Origin: the human T2T-CHM13v2.0 reference genome, Homo sapiens
Assembly (NCBI RefSeq): GCF_009914755.1
Contig: NC_060925.1
Direction: 5' to 3' (one strand)
DNA: 64,000 nucleotides
Each line of letters opens with the position of its first letter. Positions within the stretch are counted from its first letter, which is position 1. This document shows positions 1 through 19,232 of the stretch, piece after piece. The notes beneath the pieces are model-generated. The model did no database searches. It was not told the origin of the DNA and saw only the letters and a list, made by a program, of their open reading frames with translations. The position numbers were made by a program, and so were the translations under genes.

Positions 1-1330
1 TATAAGGTTATGTCATCTGCAAACAGATAATTTTACTTTTTAAAAAATTGGAATATCCTTTATTCTTTTACTCACCTTATTGTTTTAACTAACTAGAACC
101 TTCAGTACTACATTAAATAGAAGTAGTAAAAGCAGGCATCCTTGTTTTCGCTCTGAGGGTAAAAGCTTTCAGTCTTTCACCATGTTAGCTGTGTTTTTTT
201 TTGTTGTTGTTTTTTGGGTTTTTTTTTGTATAACATTATGTTAAGGTGTTTTCTTTCTTTTTATAATTTATTAAGTACATTTTATCATGAATGTGGGTTA
301 AATTTTGACAAATGCTTTTTCTTTAAGATGATCACATGAGGTTTTTTCCTTCATTATGTTAATGTGATATTACACTGATTTTCATGTGTTAGAACATACT
401 TTTATTTCAGGAGTCAGTTATACTCATTCATAGTGTATAATCCTTTTAATGTACTGCTAAATTTGAATTGCTGGTATTTTGTTGAGGATTTTTGCATCAA
501 CATTTGTAAGGGATGTTTGTTTGTAGTTTTCTTATGGTGCCTTTGTCTGGCTTGGTGTCAGGGTAATACTGGCCTCATATAATAAGTTAGAAAATGTTAC
601 CTCCTTTTCAACGTTTTGAAAAAGTTTGAGAAAAACTGGGTTAATTCTGCTTTAAACGTTGGGTAGAATTCAACAGTGTAGCCATCTGGTCCAGGCTTTT
701 CTTTGTTGCTGGGTTTTTTATTACTGATGCAATCTTCCTGCTGAATCTCCTTGCTCAATAGGTTTATTCAACTTTTCTGATTCAGTCTTAGTAGGTTTTT
801 TGTTTCTAGGAATTTGTTCATTTTATTTAGGTTATTCAATTTTTTTAGTGTATAATTCCTTATGGTACTCTTCTACATCCTTTTTTTACTCCAAAAGTTT
901 GTTAGTTATGTACCCATTTTATTTTTGAGTTTGGTAATTTGAGTATTCCCTTTTTTTCTTAGTCAATCTAGATAAAATTTTGTCAGTTTTTATCTTTTTC
1001 AGAGAACAAACTGGGTTTTGTTGGTTTTTGATATCTTTTTCTATTCTCTATTTCACTTATTTCCACTGCTATCTTTATCATTTTTAAAATTTTGCTAGCT
1101 TTTAGTTGTCCCTCTTTAATAGTCCCTCTTTTTCCCTCTGTTTTTCTTTCCTTAGGAGTAAAGTTGTTGATTCGGTATCTTATTTTTTATAATCATTTAT
1201 AGCTATAAATTTTTCCCGTGTGGTACTGTTTTTGATGTATCTCTTAACTTTTGGTATTTCATATTTTTAATTTGTCTCTAGATATTTTCTATTTTCTCTT
1301 GTGATTTCTTCTTTTATCCATTCTTGGGTG
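1..1330 (-). mobile_element. Old L1 (L1M-type) ORF2 fragment
   Basis: T-rich diverged antisense L1 ORF2 motifs, e.g. atgtcatctgcaaacagataattt and ggtagaattcaacagtgtagccatctggtcc; end approximate. Confidence 0.75.
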
Positions 1331-2603
1331 TTTAATAACTATATTTTTAGACATAAAATGTGTAACCTACAAAATTTTCTTGATTTGTTACAGTTTTATT
1401 TGTTGTAAGTTTTTATTTCAGAATTAAATATGTGTATCAACATTTGTTGTGTTCTCATAAACTTTGTAATACATGGAGATTTCTGGTCCACATATGTAAG
1501 TCTCTACATTAATATTATTTTGAAGCATTTAAACTTCTGTTTTAATATTTCAAAGGTCTAAATGAAATTGAGATTTTTGGTTTCTGAGATGAAATCATGG
1601 TAGGTGACTGAGAAATGCTTAAAAATTAGCCAAAACTTAAAATTAAGTTAAAGTTTACTAAGTCACCCTGTATTGCTGGTAATAAAAAATAAGTCTTTAA
1701 TGGTATAAAAGCAAACTTCAGAGAATGTTTTCTTTTCCCCAGTTGACATCTAAATTAAAAGCTGGAAAAAATTTTTATGGCTTTATGCGTTTTTCACTTT
1801 ACAATTTCAACTTTTTCTGGTTAAAATTTTTCCAAACAGATTCCTGTGTATTTGAAAGACAAATTTTTTTTAGTTGAAATGCTTAAGCAGTTAAATAAGG
1901 CCATGAAACTTTCTTGAACCTGTGGGAATCCATGAGAAAATCTGACATTATGTTCTATTCTCTTGGAAGGTAGAAATATCGTTTGACTTCTGTTTTGCTG
2001 ACAAGAAATATGGTCCTGAGCAAGGCTCCCTGGGACAATGACCTCACACATGGAAAACGCTGGAGCCCATCTGTCTCCAATCTGCTGTTTTCCAAAAATT
2101 AGGGAACTTCAGTTTTCCCTTTGATACTCTGTATTTCTACCAACCACAACGCCAGGGCTGTCCTGCTTCTACAAGTGACAATGACAAATATAGGCCTGAA
2201 GGAAGATGAGCTGATGGCATTCCCAGCTTACTACCACTCCTTGGGTGCCTTATCTCACATACGTGGATTCAACTCATAGACTCAGGTGGGTGAGGATCTA
2301 TTGTTCAGCTACATTAGAAGTGACTGCTTAAGACTCTGGTGTGTGGTGAAATGAGGCAGAATTTTCTCAATGCAGTGTTAGGAGAATTTTCTCCTCATAA
2401 TTACCATCTTACTATCACTAAATCATAGCTAAAATAAGGAAATTATTCAAGAAGAAATAGAGATGTAATCTTATGAAGACATAAATTTAGAGATTTGTGG
2501 AGAGACCTTCATAATTTCATGGTGTTCTCTTTGAGCTGGGATTATAGTTGACATTTCATTATAATATATTAGCTATTCTAGACTTTATGCATTTATGTAA
2601 AGT

Positions 2604-7137
<4,534 letters not shown>

Positions 7138-7389
7138 TAAAGTATGATTTCTTAATACATGAGATGTTTTAAGTACATGACAATAATGATATTTATCACA
7201 AATAATATTTTATCTCAATTTCATATAAAAATTGCTAACAAATCAATTATTTTTGGTTACCACAAAGCTATCTGGAAATGTAACATCTGCCATTTATAAA
7301 ATTTCTGTAGAGTTAATAGAACTTTTCCTGAAGGGAGGCCGGCAATATGCATCATGAATTCAAGCACTACCAGTGAAGTTGTGGAGTTT

Positions 7390-7790
7390 GAAGTGGTACT
7401 CACATCTTGTTACTGGGATTATAAATTCGTACAAACTTTATCTAATGTGATTAAACAATATATACCAAAATTATCAGTGGAAATACTCTCTGATTCAGCA
7501 ATTTCATTTCCAGAAATTTACCCTACAGACATACTCATGATGCCTGGAATTATGTATGAATGGGAGAAAGTATTATACCACCTTTTTCATTAACAAAAGT
7601 CTGGAAATCACCTTAATGTTTATCAGTCACATTAATGGTTATCACCTTACTGTGTATTGAAATTATGGTTATTCATACGATAGCATACTATGCAGCTATT
7701 TAAAAAAATAAATTTTAAAAGGATGCTCAAAAATGATGTCCAATATATGTTACAAAGTAAAAACAACCCTGGGTGCAGAGCCATGTGTCT
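7390..7790 (+). mobile_element. Ancient L1M 3' fragment
   Basis: Diverged motifs such as cagcaatttcatttccagaaatttaccc and catactatgcagctatttaaaaa. Confidence 0.55.
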
Positions 7791-8254
7791 GATATGCCTC
7801 CATTCCTATAAAATCAGAGTGTGTAGAAATGCATAGAATATCTCTATTAACTGGTAACTGTTACAAAATTCAAAGTTAATGCAGGCAAGACCTTTCTTTT
7901 TTAATGCTAACACTCCAAGGAACTGCACAACATTTGAGGATTCCCAACACATGCCAATCTACCTTTGAACCTATAGATTTTAGGAAATGAGGCTCTTGAA
8001 AAATCAAGCATTAATATTCCTAGCTACAGTTGTTTGGGACATAATTAGAATGATCCATTCTTTGAAAGTTCGTAAAATTTGCTCATACAACCATCTGGGC
8101 CTAGTCCTTCCTTTGTGAAAGATTTTATTTTACTAGAGATTTTATTTTCTTCACATTATAGTACTTCTTAGGTTTTCTATTTCTTCTTGATTCTTGAGTC
8201 AATTTTGGTACCACTTTGTACCCCACAGGGTGCTTGGGCTCAGAACACATCAGT

Positions 8255-8672
8255 CAAAGAAAGAGAGAAGAAAGGAAGGCAGGAAGGCAGGGTGAAAGGA
8301 AGGAAGGAAGGAAGAAGGAAGGAGACAAGGAAAGAGAGAGAAGGAAGGATGGAGGGAGAGAAAGATGGAAAGAGAGAAAGAAGGAAATGAGAGAGAGAGA
8401 AGGAGAGAAGGAAGGAAGGAGGGAGAGAAAGGGAAAGAAGGAAAGAAACAAGGAAGCAGGGAGGGAGAGAAAGAGGAAGGGAGAGGAAGGAAGGAGGGAG
8501 AGAAAGAGGGAAAGGGAAAGAAGGAAGGAAAGAAACAAGGAAGCAGGGAGGGAGAGAAAGAGGAAGGGAGAGGAAGGAGGGAGGGAGGGAAAGGAGACAG
8601 GGAGGGAGAGAGGGAGGGAGGGAGGAAAAGAAAGAGAGAAAGGTGAAAGGTGGGGACGGGAAGGGAAGAGGA
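8255..8672. repeat. GA-rich polypurine simple repeat with an internal duplicated block
   Basis: Nearly pure A/G; the block gaaggaaagaaacaaggaagcagggagggagagaaagaggaagggagaggaagg occurs twice. Confidence 0.95.
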
Positions 8673-8902
8673 GCCAGCCAAAGGCTACAGGCTGTTTGTT
8701 CACTCTTCTACTTGACCCAAGCAGTTCTGCCTTTTAAATATTCCACCTTCTGCCATGAGTTACACTGTTCAATATTCATTTCTCAGAGCATTCAAAGGTC
8801 TATGTGTGCCCTGCCATGATGGACCATGGCTTCAGCTCTCAAACACAACCCTCAGCCAAAATATTCATGACTGTTCCCTCCCATATACTCATCAATCCCC
8901 CA

Positions 8903-9295
8903 TGCTATGGTCTGCATGTGTCCCCCAGAGCTCACGTGTTGAAAACTTAATCCTCTATATGACAGTGTTGAGAGGCGGGGCCTAATAAGAGTGATTAGGT
9001 TATAAGATTCTGCCCCCATGTATGGATTAATGTCATTATCTCAGGAGTGGGTTAGTTATCTTGGGAGTGGGCTTGTATTAAAAGCATGTTCAGCCCCTTT
9101 TGCTCTCTTTCTTTCCCAAACTCTTGCTCTTCTGCCTTCAGCCATGAGATGACACAGCCAGAAGGCCCTCACGAGATGCAGACCCCTCATCCTTGGATTT
9201 CCTAGCCTCCAGAACTCTAAGAAATAAATTTCTTTTCTTTATAGATTCCCTAGTCTGTGGTATTCTGTTATAGCAGCACAAAATGGGTTAAGATG
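8903..9295 (+). mobile_element. MaLR solo LTR (MST-type)
   Basis: Begins tgctatggtctgcatgtgtccccc; contains cctccagaactctaagaaataaatttc; ends ttatagcagcacaaaatgggttaaga. Confidence 0.85.
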
Positions 9296-9519
9296 CCCCA
9301 TTACATGGAGAGTGCTGATCCACAGGGTTCAGATCATTGACTTAGGGCTTGGAGTCTTATACAACATCCCTATGGGAGTTGACCTCCATATTCCCTATCT
9401 TCCCGGAATCGCAAATGGTGATTTCAGACCAAAATATAGCCCAGATATTTTGCATTTGGCAATATTGCCGACTTTTCCACAACTTTATCATGGCAGGTTT
9501 GATGTGCTCACTTCTATGA

Positions 9520-9672
9520 TCCCTGAAAGGATATGGGTTCAAGATCCTGCAAGGTTACAATCCAAGGATAGAAGAGCCTAGACAAGAGTCCCATCACCTG
9601 GGCGATCAGTGCAGAGATATGTCACAAAGCCCCTCTAGGCAGAGCCTAGACAAGAGTTACATCACCTGGGTG
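9520..9672 (+). repeat. Beta-satellite (68-bp Sau3A) remnant, about 2 units
   Basis: gatcagtgcagagatatgtcacaaagcccctctaggcagagcctagacaagagttacatcacctgggtga matches the beta-satellite monomer. Confidence 0.85.
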
Positions 9673-9721
9673 ACAGGCAAACAACAATGACAACTTATTT
9701 TCATCCCCACTTCAGTCTTTG

Positions 9722-9870
9722 AGGTTAGACAGACCTGGATTCAAATCCAAGCTCCACCCCTCGCTGTGTGAGTTTGCTCATGCTGCTAACCTCTCTGAGA
9801 CTTGACTCTTCATTTATGAAATGAGGATAAAGCCCCTTCTCTCAGGGGCTGTGCCAAGGATGAAATGAGT
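9722..9870 (+). mobile_element. MIR
   Basis: agacagacctggattcaaatccaagctccac ... ctctctgagact ... catttatgaaatgaggataa. Confidence 0.7.
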
Positions 9871-9942
9871 CACGCATTGGTCAGGACAGGTGATGCTGTG
9901 TAACAAGCCCCTAAACCTCAGTGGCGTCAACAGCAAAGTTGA

Positions 9943-10270
<328 letters not shown>

Positions 10271-10335
10271 TTGACTTCTCAATTGATTTCACATCCATCA
10301 CGGGTCAACAAGGGGGTTCTGGTGGTCGTAGTCAA

Positions 10336-10403
10336 TGAGCCGAGACCATGCCACTGCACTCCAGCCTGAGTGACAGAGTGAGACTTCATCTCAAAAAAAA
10401 AAA
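10336..10403 (+). mobile_element. Alu 3' fragment
   Basis: tgagccgagaccatgccactgcactccagcctg followed by poly-A. Confidence 0.85.
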
Positions 10404-11728
10404 GTCTCAGGCTATGTCTGAACTAGGAGGGTAGAAAGAATAGTCATTTTGGTTGCCACAAACCATCGAAACAAAGATGCAGATCATTGATGTAAAATTA
10501 CAGTTAGTTCCTTCCCACTCCTTTTCAGCTTCTCTTCGTTGCTATGACCCAGCGTCTCCTGTGTCAGTTTTCAGTCTATTGTCTCCCAGCTTCTAGTGCA
10601 CCTTTCAATATGTGCACTGTGATAAACTGGGAAGCACTTTTCAATATACCTTCTGGAAGTGAACATTCTGCAGGCATCTAGATAGAGGATGGAGAGACTG
10701 CAGGGGGCAGGAGCTCTCTGGCTGGGCCTTGTTCAAGCCCCAACCACAGAGACCTAGGCATGGTCCCTCAGCCACCTTGCAGCCTTGGCTAGCAACATCT
10801 CGACACGGAAACCAAAACGCAGCAGAGCCCATGTGATCTGAAGGTTCCTGAAAAGTTGCCCAGACCTCCTCTTGTACCCACATACAAAGAGTGTGTCCAG
10901 GGTCATGAGTGAGCATGATATTACAGAGGAATGTAAACAGGAAAACCATAGCATAGAGCAGTGGGGATCCATAGCTCACAGTGATAGCATGGAAGTTTCC
11001 TGGTTACATGAAGTAATTAAGACGTATTTAAAAGCCAAGAGTACAAAATTAGACCTGATGAAAAAGCAGGAGTTATCATCCCAGCCATGCAGAAAAGCCA
11101 AGCCTTCTCTCCCTTCTCAAGAAGGAACAGAAGACAATGATGTGATCTGTGAGTCATGTGTAACATGAAAGTACAGGAAAAGTTGAATTTCTGATACACA
11201 AATCTGAAAAGTTTTTATAGTAACAGATTTCAGGATTAAAAGTCAATATTTATTACTTCATTAAGAGCAAATAAATACTTTAAGAAAACCTTGTTGTTTT
11301 AACCAAAATTTTTAGTTTTGTATCACTATGTTTTTAATATTATACCTAATTTAAATAAACTTTATAAACAATCTATCTGATCTCAATCAGTTTTGACCTC
11401 GAGGTAAGATTTACGTAAACTTTTAATAACCTTGTATAATTTTTTCCATCTTTTCCAACTTTTTATACACATTTTATCTATCTTTTTTATTCCTTCAATT
11501 TAAAATAATCCTTAAAAATCTCTAAGCGAATTTACTTTCTCTGAAACAAAAACCGGTATACATTTTGCATACAGAATTGTTTCTCTTGTACCTAGTAGTC
11601 TTAATCACATATATCTACCACAATATTAATACTTAGTAACCTTTATTTTAATAAAAAACCTAGGAAGCAAGAAATCTTGAATTGTCATATAGCAGTATCT
11701 TACAGATGAGAATAATTTCATAATTTAG

Positions 11729-12049
<321 letters not shown>

Positions 12050-12129
12050 TAAGTTTTTAAATTGGAAATAACCCAGATAGTTAATGAGTATCTATTATTT
12101 AATTTAACATAACTAAAATTTCAAAAATA

Positions 12130-12402
12130 GGCTGGGCATGGTGGCTCACACCTGTAATCCCAACACTTTAGGAGGCCAAGGCAGGAGTATCATGAGACCA
12201 GCCTGAGCAAAATAGTGAGATGCTAACTCTACAAAAAAAATAAAAATTAGCTGAGCATGGTGGTGCATGCCTGTAATTACAGCTACTTGGGAGGCTGAGG
12301 TGGGAGGATCCCTTGAGGGCAGGAGGTCAAGGTTGCAGTGAGCTGTGATCATACCACTGTACTTCAGCCTGGGTGACAGACAGAGACACTATCTCAAAAA
12401 AA
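12130..12402 (+). mobile_element. Alu (AluJ-like)
   Basis: Alu consensus; TSD aaaatttcaaaaata on both sides. Confidence 0.9.
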
Positions 12403-12882
12403 TTTCAAAAATACATTAAGATGTCTTGGATAGACATGTATCCATTTACATTTACTTATTTTTAACAGTTTATCTAGAGTATTTGTGAGAACTGAGGTAT
12501 TAGACAAAGCTAGTCATCATTTCTAGGTTATTTTCTTGTTAACCATGTTATAGCCTGTGAATATCAGGTGTTCACGTAAGTGAGGACTTCAAAGTTAAAT
12601 ACATGGGTATTTTACCAATAACTCAGAAAATTCCATTACTTTTGTTCAACAAACCGTATTAAATTGGTCTTATGTATTAAAAAAAATCACAAAAACAAAT
12701 ATTCCTTTTTTTCCTGTGTTTATAGCTTTATAACCTTCATGCCAAACCCTAGCACCTTAAAATATCTAGCAAATGTAAATATAAAACACAGTCAAAAATG
12801 TATGCTGACAATTCTGAAGACATTTCTATTTTCCTTTTATCCATACTTTTTAAATTATTTGTATTTATAAAAGAACTCTTTT

Positions 12883-13200
<318 letters not shown>

Positions 13201-13404
13201 ATTATTTCATTCTTTTGTTTTTCTTCAGCCAAGTAACCTTGAATTGGTAATACCACAGACAGTAAGTTTCATCTCAACACCAGTAGACAAGTCAGCAGAT
13301 TCAAAATAGGCAGGGAAAAAAAAATAGACAGGCAAAAGAACTGAGATTTTTTCATTTTAGGGTTTTTAAAAATATAAACTATTTGAGTTCTGAATTTTCT
13401 TTCA

Positions 13405-14065
<661 letters not shown>

Positions 14066-14742
14066 CTATAATATATAGCCAGCTCGAGTCCCAGAAAACC
14101 TAGCAAGCTTAAGGTTAGAGCTTCTCATTTTGGCCTTTTCAAGATTAAATCTCCTTTAGTAGGCCCTTCCCCTCTAGGGAAGTACTTGCCGGAGCGCTGC
14201 CTAAAGTTGGTTTTCTGATGCCCTGTTGTTTCTGTTCTGAATGGTTTATTTCTCATTATAAGGGCTCAGCAAAGCAGGCAGAGTTAAAAAGCAGAGACAG
14301 GAAGAATTTTTAAAATCGTGGACTTCACTCCTACACTGAATCTCAGGTCCCCAGAAAGACAGAAACACCATGGGACCACAGCAAAGGCAGGAGGAGGAGT
14401 GAGGGAGGGAGGTGGACAGAACAACAAACAGGAGTTGGCTCTCAGTTTTTCACGTGTGCCATTTTCTTTAGGTTTTTCTAGTTTATGGAGTCTCTTTGTT
14501 CAAGTTGAGCACACAGATAAACTAGAGATCTCACAAGGCTTTTGCTGAGACCATCAAAGCCTTTAACCTCTGTTGGGCCAAATATTTTAGACCAAAAATA
14601 CAGATAGACACACAAAAGCCAGAACCAGACCAGATTGAGTATCTCAGTGGCTGCAGCCTTTATTCCCTTTATTCTTTAGGATTTGAACTCAAACCAGATT
14701 CAGGGTTCTAGCCCAACCAGGATCCCCCTGGGGTGAAACTGA

Positions 14743-15083
<341 letters not shown>

Positions 15084-15206
15084 CGCTTGTTCTTTTCATT
15101 TCATCCTGATGTCCGAATACAGGAGAGTAGCTGAGTTGGTGTTCACTAACAAGCACGGAAGCTTTGTTACATTTACAGTGTCATTCTTGGCAAAACCTGA
15201 AGTTTT

Positions 15207-15418
15207 GCCTCCCGGGTTCACGCCATTCTCCTGCCTCAGCCTCCCGAGTAGCTGGGACTATAGGCGCCCGCCACCTCACCCAGCTAATTTTTTGTATTTT
15301 TAGTAGACACGGTGTTTCACCGTGTTAGCCAGGATGCTCTTGATCTCCTGACCTTGTGATCCGCCCACCTCGGCCTCCCAGAGTGCTGGGATTACAGGCG
15401 TGAGCCACGCGCCCAGCC
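15207..15418 (-). mobile_element. AluY-like fragment lacking its 3' end
   Basis: Diagnostic cccgggttcacgccattctcc; no tail. Confidence 0.85.
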
Positions 15419-15507
15419 AGAAGCTCTGTAATTTCAATGATGATTGTGCTTTTAATCTCTTTCTCGGCATCTGGCTCATGATAAAGTTTCAGGTGTCTTG
15501 ATGGTAT

Positions 15508-16167
15508 CTAAATCAGTTGTTGATTCGGTCCTGGAGAAACACAAGCATAACCTCTACGCCAAGTTATTATTTTACCTATTTCCCAACTTTTTGTTATTGG
15601 ATCTGTCCACCAAACCAGTTGTTCTGCTTGTGTCTTTGCAGCTGGTTTCTGTAGATGCTGTTCAGCTGCTGGTAACATCTGGCCTTTGGGAAGGCTCGAA
15701 AAATGGAAAGTTAATAATGCAAGATTCAATTGTGTCTGGGCTGTCCCGTAATCCCTGTTTCCCCCCTTTTTTGTTTTTATTATCAGTTGTTCATCTGTAT
15801 GAAATCGTAACTGAGCATTTTCAATTAACTGTGTGGAATGAACCATGTATGAAGAATCAGAAATCACATTAATAGGCATATCAAAAGCAGTCAATACCTC
15901 AATTACAGCTACAAGCTCCACTTTTTGAGCTGAAATATAGGGCGTCTGGAAAACTTTACCTTTTGATCCAGAATAAGAAGCTTTACCATTACTGGACCCA
16001 TCTGTGAAACAATGAAAATGCTTAGCAGGCTGCAGGTTGTTTACTGCAGGAATTGTAAATGCAAATCGTTCACAGTCTTGCTCAGCTAAAAGGGTAGTAA
16101 AGAAACAGTCTTTTAAATCTGTGACTATTAAAGGCCAATTTTTTGGAATTATAGTAGGAGAAGGCAA
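15508..16167 (-). pseudogene. HERV-K9 pol remnant ORF (RT N-part / RNase H / integrase C-part fusion, 219 aa)
   Basis: DLKDCFF..FAFTIP (RT); [22 protein letters not shown] (RNase H); [26 protein letters not shown] (IN C-terminus). Confidence 0.85.
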
Positions 16168-16957
16168 TCCTGGCTGTTATATTTCCATAGGTTGTATAAC
16201 TGAATTGATGGCTCTTAAGTCAGTTAACATTCTCCATTTACCTGATTTTTTCTTAATTATGAAAACTGGAGAATTCCAAGGGGAAAATGTTGGAGCTATG
16301 TGCCCATTTTCTAATTGTTCAGTAACTAATTTCTCTAAAGCGTCCAGTTTCTCTTTGCTTAGCAGCCATTATTCTATCCATATTGGCTTATCTGTTAACC
16401 ATTTGTAAAGGTATAGGTTCTGGAAGCTTAACAACGGCTGCCGTCAAAAATGATATCCTAATCTTTGGCAGGAACTTTGTCTTTCCACTTGAAGCAGTTC
16501 TTTCAAACCTTGCAAATATTTTCCTAGTCCCATACCAGGAACATGCCCCATTTCATGAATTATATGTCGACTTTGAGGGCTATATAATTATTCTGCAATT
16601 AGAACTTGTGCTCCCCATTGTTGTAATAAATCTCTCCCCCACAAATTTATAGGTACAGAAGTTATAATTGGTTGAATAGTCCCAGGTTGTCCATTGGGCC
16701 CTTCACAGTGCAAAATATAACTACTTTGATATACTTCAGGGGCTTTACCAACTCCAACTATGTTAAATTGAGTGGGTTGAATTGGCCACGCGGACGGCCA
16801 CTGCTGTAGAGAAATAATTGAAATGTCCTCCTGTATCTACCAAACATTTAAAGTTCTTTCCCTGAATAGTTATTTCACAGGTAGGACGTTTATCAGTAAT
16901 TTGATTTACCCAATAAGCCACTTTGCCTTGTTTATTTGTGCTTCCAAATCCTCCTGT

Positions 16958-17218
16958 TCATTTAATTTCACTTTTCCCCATTCCCACATATGGCACAATC
17001 AGGAGCCGATCTCCTGGCTCTGCTTTCCAGGGAACAGAAGTAGATATAACAATTTGAATTTCCCCATTGTGATCTGAATCAGTGACTCCTGTATGTATTT
17101 GTACCCCTTTTAAACTTAAACTAGACCTTTCTAAAAGTAATCCTATCGTCCCTGCTGGCAAGGGTCCACAGACTCCTGTTGGGACCTTTTGCAGGGGTTC
17201 CCCAGGCAGAGGGCTCAC
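16958..17218 (-). pseudogene. HERV-K dUTPase remnant
   Basis: KVPTGVCGPLPAGTIGLLLERSSLSLKGVQIHTGVTDSDHNGEIQIV carries betaretroviral dUTPase motifs. Confidence 0.85.
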
Positions 17219-18105
17219 AGCTTTTGTGCAGCATAAATCTACTGCAACACTACCAGCTGTGGCAGGGGACAGACATTGTACGGTGGGGAGGGAATGGCCT
17301 GAGTTGGAAATGCCCCGGTTTAGAACGGGCCTAGGATGGGCCCCTCATGGTGTTTCCCGAAATCGGGTTCCGTTCTTCATCAAACTTAGAGTGACATTGG
17401 TTAGCCCAATGATTTCCTTTTTTACATTTTGGACATATTTCAGCTTAGCAGTTCTCTTTTTTCCCCTATCTGACAGCCGACTCACTGATTTTTTTCTACA
17501 TTCTTTTTTAGTATGAATAGCTTCTTTAAATTCTTTGAGTAATTTAAAAGGAAAAGGTTCAAATGTAGCTATAATATCTCCCTGTTGATCTGGGGGGTGT
17601 ATTCTAACAGGGAACTGCCAAGCCTCTAAATCACCCTCTCTTCTAGCTTGCTGAATTCCTGCCTGAATAGAACTAAGAGCAGTCGCTCCAGGCGCTGCTC
17701 AGTCACTGGGGCAACTACTTTTCGCCCACAGTCCTCTGGAAAAGAAATACCTGGAGGGTCATTTTCTTCAAAATAATAATGAGGGGGTGCAGAAGGGTAG
17801 GGATGAACCTCTCCCTCCTTTGCCGCTTCAGCTTTAGCTGGCAAACAAACCTGGTCTGTAACCTCTTCTGTTACGTCGCTATACTCTCCTTCCTCCTCCT
17901 CATCAGTGTGAAAAGGTTCCAAGGTGAAACGAACCAGACCCCACGCCTGTCCCATTGTTACCCTGATGCTTCCGAGCTCCCCTTCTTACTCACCACGGGG
18001 ATGGCTTTAAGAGTACTCAGGTGTCCTCCAGCTAGTTCCACGTTCTCCAACCGTCGCTCTGGCGACCCTTCGACCTGGATTCGAGCCCCCACGATGGACG
18101 CCACT

Positions 18106-18606
18106 TGCAGAGACCAGCTCGGTCAGGAAGACCCTAACCCAGCGGCACTAGAGGAATTAAAGACACATACACAGAAATACAGAGGTGTGAAGTGGGAAAT
18201 CAGGGGTCTCACAGCCTTCAGAGCTGACAGCCCCGAACAGAGATTTACCCACATATTTAGTAACAGCAAACCAGTCATTAGCATTGTTTCTATTAACTAA
18301 AAGTATCCCTTACGGGAAATGAAGGGATGGGCCGGAATAAAGGGGTGGGTTTGGCTAGTTATCTGCAGCAGGAGCATGCCCTGATGGCACAGATCGCTCA
18401 TGCTATGTTTGTGGTTTGAGAACGTCTTTCAGCGGTTTTCCACCCTGGGCGGGTCAGGTGTTCCTTGCCCTCATTCCGGTAAACCCACAACCTTCCAGCG
18501 TGGGCGTTAGGGCCATTATGAACATGTCACAGTGCTGCAGAGATTTTGTTTATGGCCAGTTTTGTGGCCAGTTTATGGCCAGATTTTGGGGGGCCTGTTC
18601 CCAACA
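18106..18606 (-). mobile_element. MER9 5' LTR of HERV-K9
   Basis: Minus strand starts TGTTGGGAACAGGCCCCCCAAAATCTGGCCATAAAC and ends ...GGTCTCTGCA just before the PBS. Confidence 0.9.
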
Positions 18607-18727
18607 GTAACCAATATTAAGTCATTCTCATTTCAACATTTAAACTCTTCCAACTGAATGCATTAAAAAACAAAAGTCACACACCACTGTACCCCTTATA
18701 TGTACACAGCGGTCGGCAAACATGTGA

Positions 18728-19232
<505 letters not shown>

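Larger units (their letters stand above)
15450..18105 (-). mobile_element. HERV-K9 (HML-3) internal region: deleted gag, dUTPase-protease, deleted pol; no env or 3' LTR seen
   Basis: Lys-type PBS (minus strand TGGCGTCCATCGTGGGGG, ~18086-18103); NC knuckle CPKCKKGNHWANQC; dUTPase ORF 16958-17218; protease LVDTG at ~16830-16845; pol ORF 15508-16167. Confidence 0.9.

Noticed and set aside
8187-8737. Charged R/K/E ORFs and S/L/P/F ORFs
   Set aside because: Translation of a GA simple repeat.
10410-10890. Possible processed-pseudogene fragment
   Set aside because: No identifiable protein in the frames I read; left unassigned.
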